Source of the DNA: Alkanindiges sp. WGS2144
GTDB taxonomy: Bacteria; Pseudomonadota; Gammaproteobacteria; Pseudomonadales; Moraxellaceae
Reading direction: 5' to 3' (one strand)
Length of the DNA stretch: 32,000 bases
Assembly (NCBI RefSeq): GCF_043950625.1
Contig: NZ_CP171007.1
Under the pieces are notes generated by a model, which saw only the letters and a program-made list of their open reading frames with translations, had not been told where the DNA came from and ran no database searches. Position numbers and translations under genes: made by a program. Below, in pieces: positions 18,864 through 26,648 of the stretch; positions within the stretch are counted from its first letter, which is position 1; each line of letters opens with the position of its first letter.

Positions 18864-20519
18864 ATGAGTGTGTTAACCTTTGCTTTGGCTCAATTCTCCC
18901 CTCGTATTGGCGACCTTTTAGCAAATGCAAAACAAATGGCTCAGCTTGCTGAACAAGCCAAACAAAAAGGTGCTGATGTTATTGTTTTTCCAGAGCTTGC
19001 TGTAACTGGTTATCCACCGGAAGACTTGCTACTACGTGCCAGCATGAATCGTCGCGTGCAACAGGCATTCGAGATATTAAAGCAGGTGGATGGCATTACC
19101 ATGGTGGTGGGATATCCCCATCAGGAGCCTAGTCTACCGGGTACGCAGGCCGTGGAAGAATACCAGCCGCGTTATAACTCGGCAGTGGTGATTTGTGGTG
19201 GCAAGCAACTGGGTATTTACCACAAGCAGTTTTTGCCCAACTATAGTGTGTTTGATGAACGGCGCTATTTTACCACCGGCTCACAGCACGTTATTTTAGA
19301 AATTAAAGGACAAAAAGTTGGCCTGCTGATCTGTGAAGACATCTGGCAAAAACAGCCTATTGCACAGCTTAAAAAACTGGGGGCAGATGTCGCAGTCGTC
19401 TTAAATGCCTCGCCTTTTGAGGCAGGCAAGCACGAGCGGCGCAAAGAATTATTACAAAGCCAAACCAGGGGCAATGAGATCCCGCTAGCCTATGTAAACT
19501 GCGTCGGTGGTCAGGATGATCTGGTATTTGATGGCGGCTCAATGGCCGTCAATGCAGACGGTAGCATTGCCGCTGAAGCAAATCGTTTTGTTGAGCAATT
19601 GCTGCTGGTTGAGTTTGACTGCAATAGCCATACATTTACCCAGCAAGCGGCTGCCCCTGTTTTGTCACCTCTAGCTGAAACCTATCAGGCGCTAGTGATT
19701 GGCGTACGTGACTATGTTAATCATTCTGGCTTTCCCGGTGTTATTCTGGGCTTGTCTGGTGGTATTGATTCGGCCTTAAGCCTTGCTATTGCAGTCGATG
19801 CACTGGGACCTGAGCGGGTAAACGCCGTGATGATGCCTTTTGCCTATACTGCACAAATCAGTATTGAAGATGCTGCGGCACAGGCCAACCGGTTAAATGT
19901 TGCCTATCACGTTGCTGAAATTAACCAGATTGTGCATAGCTTTGCCGCTACGCTACATCCTTTCTTTGGCAATAGTGATATGGGCGTGACTGAAGAAAAC
20001 CTGCAAGCCCGTTCGCGTGGCACCCTGCTGATGGCACTATCCAACAAATTTGGTCATCTGGTGCTTACCACCGGGAATAAATCTGAAATGGCGGTTGGCT
20101 ATGCTACCCTATATGGCGATATGGCTGGCGGCTATGATGTGTTAAAAGATGTGTATAAAACCCAGGTATTTGAGCTGTGTCGCTATCGCAACTCGCTGGA
20201 AGAAGTGCCAGTGATTCCAGAACGCGTGATTACCCGCCCGCCTTCTGCTGAGCTGCGCCCTGATCAGGTGGATCAGGACTCGCTGCCGCCGTATGATATT
20301 CTGGATGCTATTTTAAAAGGTTATATTGAACAGGATCTTAGCCAGACTGAGCTGGTTGAACAGGGTTTTGACAGTGAAGTCGTCAACCGGATTATTAAAC
20401 TGGTGGATCGCAGTGAATACAAGCGTCGTCAGTCTGCGATTGGCCCACGGGTAACTGGTCGTGCTTTTGGGCGTGAGCGTCGTTATCCTTTAGTTAATGG
20501 CTGGCAGGCTGGGGATTAA
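18864..20519 (+). CDS. nadE: Glutamine-dependent NAD+ synthetase
   Basis: An N-terminal CN-hydrolase domain (VIVFPELAVTGY, LLICEDIW) is joined to a C-terminal NAD synthetase PP-loop (LGLSGGIDSALS). The 551-aa length is typical of the fused enzyme. Confidence 0.93.
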   Translation: MSVLTFALAQFSPRIGDLLANAKQMAQLAEQAKQKGADVIVFPELAVTGYPPEDLLLRASMNRRVQQAFEILKQVDGITMVVGYPHQEPSLPGTQAVEEYQPRYNSAVVICGGKQLGIYHKQFLPNYSVFDERRYFTTGSQHVILEIKGQKVGLLICEDIWQKQPIAQLKKLGADVAVVLNASPFEAGKHERRKELLQSQTRGNEIPLAYVNCVGGQDDLVFDGGSMAVNADGSIAAEANRFVEQLLLVEFDCNSHTFTQQAAAPVLSPLAETYQALVIGVRDYVNHSGFPGVILGLSGGIDSALSLAIAVDALGPERVNAVMMPFAYTAQISIEDAAAQANRLNVAYHVAEINQIVHSFAATLHPFFGNSDMGVTEENLQARSRGTLLMALSNKFGHLVLTTGNKSEMAVGYATLYGDMAGGYDVLKDVYKTQVFELCRYRNSLEEVPVIPERVITRPPSAELRPDQVDQDSLPPYDILDAILKGYIEQDLSQTELVEQGFDSEVVNRIIKLVDRSEYKRRQSAIGPRVTGRAFGRERRYPLVNGWQAGD

Positions 20520-20523
20520 GCCT

Positions 20524-21570
20524 ATGACTGGCTCAAAGCAGACTGCCCAGGCACTTGCCCAGCAGCTTTTGGAAGCGCAAATAATATTTATTAAATCACG
20601 CCTGAAGAGCGCTACGGCCAGTCATTATGCCAGTAGCCTGATTGATTTTTGCCTGACTCAAGGCAAGCATATTACGCTGGAGCAAGTGGTTAGCCCGGAT
20701 AGCATTAAGGAAGTGGTGCGGGTATATGCGTTTGAACTGAATCTGGGCGGTGGCATGATGGAGCTAATTGGCGCTATGGCACGTCGCCTGTATAGCGAAG
20801 CCAACCAGCTTGCCCCTACCCTGCAAACCTTGATCAACGATCAGCACATGGAGCAGTGGATTGATAAGATTCTTGAGCTGGATCAGGTACGTGAGCATAT
20901 TATTCAGGCCATTTCACAAAGCTCGGCGGCGCATGAGATTATCATTCAGGTCACTTCTAGCCTGCTTAAAAAACAGCTGCCTGACTGGCGTGCGCAAGCG
21001 TCGGATCATTTTACAGAAAGCTGGATTGCCAAAACATCACTAATGGCAAAGCTGCAAAAACTTTTTATCCATCAGGAAGAAAAGTTTATCAGCATTGCTG
21101 AACGGCAAATTGGTCAGTTTGTGCAAAACCAGAGTAGCCAGCTGTTAAGTCTGGATGCTGACGAGCTAAAGGATATCGCCTGGCAAGTCTGGCAAAATAT
21201 TAAACACATACCGCTTAATGAATTATCCAGTGGAATCGAATCACTGGATATTGAAGAGTTTTTTGTGCTGATTTATGAATTGTGGCGGCATTTACGTCAG
21301 ACTGAATATCTGCAACGCTTGATTCTGACGGGTGTTGATGTTTTTTTTGAAGTCTACGGTCAGTATCCCGTTGCAGAGCTGCTTGAAGAAATTGGTATTA
21401 GCAAACAACACTTGCTCAATGATGCCAACCGCTTTTTACCACAAGCCATTAGCGCATTAAATCAGCACCATGTACTTGATCAGCTGATCCGCTTGCAACT
21501 GACTGATTTTTATCAGGCGGCAGATACACTTCGCTTAATTCAAAATGCCGTGAGTCCGCAGCCGCAATAA
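20524..21570 (+). CDS. Hypothetical helical protein, function unknown
   Basis: A long ORF with coding-like composition. ATG 20524 lies 4 nt after the nadE stop (MTGSKQTAQALAQQLLEAQ...) and is preferred over the listed start at 20497 inside nadE. I recognise no motif. Confidence 0.55.
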   Translation: MTGSKQTAQALAQQLLEAQIIFIKSRLKSATASHYASSLIDFCLTQGKHITLEQVVSPDSIKEVVRVYAFELNLGGGMMELIGAMARRLYSEANQLAPTLQTLINDQHMEQWIDKILELDQVREHIIQAISQSSAAHEIIIQVTSSLLKKQLPDWRAQASDHFTESWIAKTSLMAKLQKLFIHQEEKFISIAERQIGQFVQNQSSQLLSLDADELKDIAWQVWQNIKHIPLNELSSGIESLDIEEFFVLIYELWRHLRQTEYLQRLILTGVDVFFEVYGQYPVAELLEEIGISKQHLLNDANRFLPQAISALNQHHVLDQLIRLQLTDFYQAADTLRLIQNAVSPQPQ

Positions 21571-21599
21571 AGGGTTTGCTTTGTAGCAAGTCCTTTGGT

Positions 21600-22499
21600 T
21601 TATTTCTCAACAGAATTTTGAGCTTCCAGTTTTCGTATCAGTGCCTGCATTTTTTGCTGCCGCTCCAGATGCCAGTCTGTCACCATATTAAAAGCACCTC
21701 TTAGCATGGAAAATGGAACCCAGCGCAGGGGCGCAATAATGCGGGGTTTACGTGCCTGCAAGCCTTTTACCACCGCATCAGCAATTTCTTCAGGCTGAAT
21801 GGGACGGCGCAAGGGCGCGGGAAAGCCCAACTCAATCAATTTAGTGGCAATATCATTACCACCAAAGGCAATTTTGGCAATAGGTGTAGCAACCCAGCCC
21901 GGATACAGCACGCTGGCAGTGGCACCAGTACCTGCCAATTCCGCACGTAATGAGCGTGTCAGCATTTCCACAGCCGCCTTGGACGCCGCATAAGGTGCAT
22001 TGACCATGCCATTCATAAACGCATAAATGGATGCTGTCACCAGAATCTGACCCTGATTACGCATGATTTCCGGCAAGGTGGCTTTAATGGTGCGCCATAC
22101 GCCCAGCAAGTCTACTTCAATAATTTTCTCAAACTCTGCTTCATCACAACTAAACACCGTAGCAGGTTCGTTACGCCATGAAATGCCCGCATTGGCAAAG
22201 GCAATATCCAGGCGGCCAAATTGTTCTACCGCTTGCTGCACGACGCTTTTGGTCGCGGCCATGTCAGTGACATCAAGGCTTAAGACCAGTACCCGGTTTG
22301 GGTCAAATTCTGCCGCCAGCTCATCAACCAGCGCCTGCGACATATCTGTCAGCACCAGATTGGCGCCTTTTTGATACAGGGCACGTGCTGTGGCAGCGCC
22401 AATGCCGCCTGCTGCTCCAGTAATGAGGACAACTTTCCCCTGCAAGGAATAATGCATATTGTTTGATATCCTATTGTTCAGTGTTGAAGGCAAATTCAT
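21600..22499 (-). CDS. SDR-family oxidoreductase
   Basis: It carries the Rossmann motif VLITGAAGGIG and catalytic YAASKAAV (YxxxK). The internal ATG at 22457 (MHYSLQGKVV...) is a plausible alternative start. Confidence 0.85.
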   Translation of the reverse strand: MNLPSTLNNRISNNMHYSLQGKVVLITGAAGGIGAATARALYQKGANLVLTDMSQALVDELAAEFDPNRVLVLSLDVTDMAATKSVVQQAVEQFGRLDIAFANAGISWRNEPATVFSCDEAEFEKIIEVDLLGVWRTIKATLPEIMRNQGQILVTASIYAFMNGMVNAPYAASKAAVEMLTRSLRAELAGTGATASVLYPGWVATPIAKIAFGGNDIATKLIELGFPAPLRRPIQPEEIADAVVKGLQARKPRIIAPLRWVPFSMLRGAFNMVTDWHLERQQKMQALIRKLEAQNSVEK

Positions 22500-22632
22500 T
22501 ACCTTTATAACCGTACTTGTTTATCACAGCGCCAAAAATTAAAGCAACCTCACCGGCAGGATTTAATCCATGAGTGAGATTGCCTAAATTTAGACCGCAT
22601 CCGTATTGTTAACAGTCACAGAAGTTGATCTA

Positions 22633-24186
22633 TTAAGAAGCCAGTGTTTCGGCGGCTGGTGCAGATGCACTGTTTGCTGCCTTGGTACGCACGACTTCAT
22701 AGTCGCTCAGATTCAGACTGCTTAAACGCTCACGCAGTTTTTTCAGTGACCAAGGCCATGCCGCAAAGTTGCGGCCATTTTGATCCAGATAGTAACTCTG
22801 GCAACCACCCGCATTAAATACTGTGGTTTTTAAATGCTTTTGTACCTGCTTATTATGCTCTTTGATCACCATGGGCTTAATGCTGAGCTTGCTAATGCCC
22901 TGCTGTTTCATCTTTTGCAGGCCATCCACAATATAATCCAGCTGCGCTTCGGCCAGACCAATAAAGGAATCATACACCAGCACGTTTGGCCCCAGCATTA
23001 AAAAGGCATTGGGTACATTTTCCATGGCGGTGCCCAGATACGCTTCTGGAGAGGTGTCTTTCCATAAATCAGCCAGAACCTGCCCCTGTTCATTCTTCAC
23101 GCGCTTGCCAATCGGTGGATGCGATACTTCAAAACCGGTACCCCAGATGATCACGTCTACTTCATGACGCTCACCATTGGCAGCCACGACAGTATTGTCC
23201 TCTACCTTCACCAGGCCATGCGGAATCAGGTTGACATTTGGTTGTTGCAGCGCTGGATAGTAGTTGTTGGCAAACAATAAGCGCTTACAGCCAATAGTAA
23301 AGTTTGGCGTCACATTTTTGAGCAATTCAGGGTCTTTCACCTGAGCTTTAAGCACCTGCTTGAATACCTCACCCACTGGTTTTAGTACCGCAGGATTGCG
23401 CAAACCAAAGTTAATCAGGTTGAGTGATTGTGCCACCGTATTACGCCAGCTTTTTTGAATCAGTGGATATTTGGCAATCATGGATTTACCAATTTCACTT
23501 AAAAGCATGTCCGGCTTTGGCACCACCCAGGGTGCGGTACGCTGGAACACATGCAACTCTTTAGCCAGCGGCTGGATTTGTGGCACAAACTGGATTGCAG
23601 ACGCACCAGTGCCAATCACGGCAATACGCTTGCCACTTAGGTCATAATCGTGGTTCCATCTGGCCGAGTGGAACATCTCACCCTTAAAGGTATCCAGCCC
23701 GTTAAGTTTTGGAATTTGTGCTTCAGTAATCGGGCCAGTGGCAAATACCACTGTTTTAGACAGATACTGTCCCTTTGTGGTATCTAGCACCCACAGCTTG
23801 CGCTTCTCATCCCAGGCCGCATTTAATAATTCATTATTAAATTCAACCCGCGACTTTACATCAAACTTTTCGCTCACCTCTTCCAGATAGCTTAAAATTT
23901 CTGGCTGGCGGGCAAACAGATGACTCCATTTGGCACTTGGCGCAAATGAATAAGAATACAAGGATGATGGCACATCGCAGCCGCAACCCGGGTAGGTATT
24001 TTCACGCCAGGTTCCGCCTACGGTGTGAGCTTTTTCAATAATTTTATAATTGGTATAGCCAACCTGATCCAGACGAATGGCAGCGGCAATACCAGAAATA
24101 CCGGCGCCAACGATAAATGTGTCGTAAATATGCGCAGGAGCACTGGCTTTTTTGCTGCGAGTGCCTGTTTTTGCTTGTGTAGCCAT
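22633..24186 (-). CDS. Type I Baeyer-Villiger / flavin-containing monooxygenase (EthA/AlmA-like)
   Basis: It has the FAD motif VGAGISGIAAA and GGTWRENTYPGCGCDVPS. The BVMO fingerprint FxGxxxHxxxW appears as FKGEMFHSARW. A second dinucleotide motif is IGTGASAIQ. Confidence 0.85.
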   Translation of the reverse strand: MATQAKTGTRSKKASAPAHIYDTFIVGAGISGIAAAIRLDQVGYTNYKIIEKAHTVGGTWRENTYPGCGCDVPSSLYSYSFAPSAKWSHLFARQPEILSYLEEVSEKFDVKSRVEFNNELLNAAWDEKRKLWVLDTTKGQYLSKTVVFATGPITEAQIPKLNGLDTFKGEMFHSARWNHDYDLSGKRIAVIGTGASAIQFVPQIQPLAKELHVFQRTAPWVVPKPDMLLSEIGKSMIAKYPLIQKSWRNTVAQSLNLINFGLRNPAVLKPVGEVFKQVLKAQVKDPELLKNVTPNFTIGCKRLLFANNYYPALQQPNVNLIPHGLVKVEDNTVVAANGERHEVDVIIWGTGFEVSHPPIGKRVKNEQGQVLADLWKDTSPEAYLGTAMENVPNAFLMLGPNVLVYDSFIGLAEAQLDYIVDGLQKMKQQGISKLSIKPMVIKEHNKQVQKHLKTTVFNAGGCQSYYLDQNGRNFAAWPWSLKKLRERLSSLNLSDYEVVRTKAANSASAPAAETLAS

Positions 24187-24226
24187 GGAAATTTTGTCCT
24201 GTAAAATCTTTACTTAAATAGTCTGC

Positions 24227-25054
24227 TTATTTAAACAGTCTGTAGCCAGTGCCCAGAAACTTGGTGTACAAGTTTGGGGATGCACGCTTCATCAGCCAGA
24301 ACAATTTGGCATCAATTTGCGGAATGGTGTACAGCTTGCCTTTATCCAGACGGTTCAAAGTCAGCGCCGCCACGGCATCACTGGTGGTAAACGATAAATT
24401 GGTTAAGGCATAATCAAGCAAGCCTTTATGCGGCACCTTACCGTTTTTGATAATATTGGTTGGCACCAGCGTTGGGCATAATACATTGACATTGATATTA
24501 AATTTCTTTAATTCAGCCGCCAGTGTTTCAGAGAGTGCCCGAACCCCTGCCTTGGACACGTTATAGACTGACATCTCGGGTGCTGCGGTAAATGATGCTG
24601 CCGAGGCAACGTTAATAATTGCACCATAGCCCTGCTGTTTAAATTTAGGCACAAAATAATGGCAACCATGCACCACACCCCACAGGTTGACATCCATGCA
24701 CCACTGCCAGTCCTCAATGCTCATTTCATCAAACTTGCCACCAAGGCCAATTCCTGCATTGTTGATCACCAGTGTAACTGGATGCTGCATAAGTGCTTCG
24801 GCCTGCTCAGCCAGTGCTTTAACTTCTTCAGAACTGCCAACATTGCATTGAACAGCAAAGCCTTGAGCACCCTGCTGTTTTAATAATTCAACAGTTTCCT
24901 CAGCCGCCGCCAGATTAATATCAGCACAGACGACTGTACCGCCGCGTTTGGCCAATTCCAGTGCAAAGCTGCGACCAATCCCGCTACCCGCGCCGGTCAC
25001 TACAGCATAGGCTTTCTGGCTGGGCTTTGGTTTTTTCTTAAAGGGTAAAATCAT
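24227..25054 (-). CDS. SDR-family oxidoreductase
   Basis: The motifs VVTGAGSGIG, NNAG and YNVSKAGV (YxxxK) are present. Confidence 0.85.
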   Translation of the reverse strand: MILPFKKKPKPSQKAYAVVTGAGSGIGRSFALELAKRGGTVVCADINLAAAEETVELLKQQGAQGFAVQCNVGSSEEVKALAEQAEALMQHPVTLVINNAGIGLGGKFDEMSIEDWQWCMDVNLWGVVHGCHYFVPKFKQQGYGAIINVASAASFTAAPEMSVYNVSKAGVRALSETLAAELKKFNINVNVLCPTLVPTNIIKNGKVPHKGLLDYALTNLSFTTSDAVAALTLNRLDKGKLYTIPQIDAKLFWLMKRASPNLYTKFLGTGYRLFK

Positions 25055-25126
25055 GCTATATCCATTACGGTCAAAAGCCGTTATTTAAAAAGCCAGCTCT
25101 TGTCATAAGCTGGCTGTATGCATTGC

Positions 25127-26089
25127 TTAGGCTGCCTGAACCTTGGGAGTAAATTCCTTGACAAAATAAGGGTAAAGCACGCCCCCTTCAGACAGTAACT
25201 TCTTCTTGTAGTACTCCAGATACTCTGTGGTATCGTGGTCATTCGGGTGAAAATCCGGACGCAGATAATCAAAAATATGACCCAGGCTACTACCAAATAC
25301 ACCGCGCTTAGGTCCAAATAGCAGTGACCAGCTTTCGCGTGCATCTTTCCAGAAGTCTAGTTTCAGGGCGCCGGTAGGATGACGCAAAAATGGCAGCATG
25401 AGCGCACCTGCACCCACCCCGGCAAACAAAGTAACCAGTGCAATAAAGAAGCCAACAACACGTAATGGATAATTGGCAGATAACAGCTGATAAACATCAT
25501 AGGCAATGTCTTTATGCTCAGATTCTTCCAGCATATGCCACATCCACAATGCGCGAGCTTTTTCATCATCAGAATGATAGAAATTGTCTTCATTCTTCAT
25601 CATGTACTCGGCCAACACCGCAGTAAAATGCTCAATCCCTGCCATCATGGAGAGCTTTAATGGCTGAGGGAACTTTAAGAATGTATGATTAAATACCTGC
25701 TCCGCCAGAAAACGATATAGTTTTACCGGAATATTGTTGGGGATCATAATGTCGTTATATTCATTATGCAGCTGGGAGTGAATCGCCTCTTGCCCAATCA
25801 AACTGGTAACACGCTGTCTTAACACAGGGTCTTTAATAAAATCACGGTGGTAGCGTGCAGTTTCAATTACCAAATCTTCACCATAGGTAAGAAAAATAGA
25901 TAATGCTGCAAAGTAGGCAGTTGCCCATTCCTTTTGCAAATAAAACTTTACGTCTAATTGCTTGGGATCAAATTTGAAGTCAAAATGACGAATAGGAATA
26001 GACCCCTTGCTGGCAATATCCAGAGTATGGGGTGATGCTTTACTATTGAATTTGCTTGCGATGGTGTTGCGAATCGCTGTTGTGATCAT
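25127..26089 (-). CDS. Predicted metal-dependent hydrolase (PF10118-like)
   Basis: The 320-aa protein contains LIGQEAIHSQLH and WHMLEESEHKDIAYDVY, His/Glu-rich metal-ligand motifs that I associate with this family. It has a hydrophobic segment near the C-terminal third and is the first gene of the minus-strand cluster. Confidence 0.6.
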   Translation of the reverse strand: MITTAIRNTIASKFNSKASPHTLDIASKGSIPIRHFDFKFDPKQLDVKFYLQKEWATAYFAALSIFLTYGEDLVIETARYHRDFIKDPVLRQRVTSLIGQEAIHSQLHNEYNDIMIPNNIPVKLYRFLAEQVFNHTFLKFPQPLKLSMMAGIEHFTAVLAEYMMKNEDNFYHSDDEKARALWMWHMLEESEHKDIAYDVYQLLSANYPLRVVGFFIALVTLFAGVGAGALMLPFLRHPTGALKLDFWKDARESWSLLFGPKRGVFGSSLGHIFDYLRPDFHPNDHDTTEYLEYYKKKLLSEGGVLYPYFVKEFTPKVQAA

Positions 26090-26648
26090 AACCGATACCT
26101 ATCAAAAATGGTTTACTAAAACTTACTGATAAAAGCAGCTTCATAAACCTCTACCTCATGCACAAATTTGGGCGACTTATTGGGTTAACTCCCCATCCAT
26201 GCTTCTATTTAAAAAGCCAAACGATAAATGATGGAATATTTAACCCTATCCAGACCAGCATGAGATTTAGCTTGTCCATTTTCATTCTAAACTGACTTTT
26301 TGTTCGGATTCAATTCGGGTGTAAACGCCTTTAGATTGTCGGACAAAAAATGAATGTTTTTAGGAAAAAATTATTTCACTTATTTATTTTTCCGATATAA
26401 GAAAAAGCCACTTAACAATAATATGATTCTAATCAAAGCATTACAAAATAATAGTCATGCGAGATTATTGCTTGTTTACTATAAAAGTTAATTTATTCTT
26501 AGTGATCTTTGAATGTTGCCTGGCTAATAAAATTGCCGTTTCTCAGTAATATTCAGTTTTGTGGAGCTAAAACTATTTTAGCTCAGCTGGGTTTTTGAGC
26601 TATTTGAATGGTGAACAATGATATCAATGACCTAGCTGCTAAACTGAT

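Noticed and set aside
18737-18952. A 71-aa ORF overlapping the nadE start, plus other short ORFs embedded in annotated genes (for example 5703-5924 and 11286-11492).
   Set aside because: They overlap strongly supported genes or terminators out of frame and show no family signal.
3044-20523. Longer N-terminal extensions given in the ORF track: TTG 3044 (piuC), TTG 9067 (DUF2059), TTG 10386 (NRDE), TTG 10437 (lgt) and 20497 (hypothetical, inside nadE).
   Set aside because: Downstream ATG or GTG starts align with the known N-termini of the families (MCI..., FPEFDP...) or have better SD spacing. The extensions add non-conserved residues.
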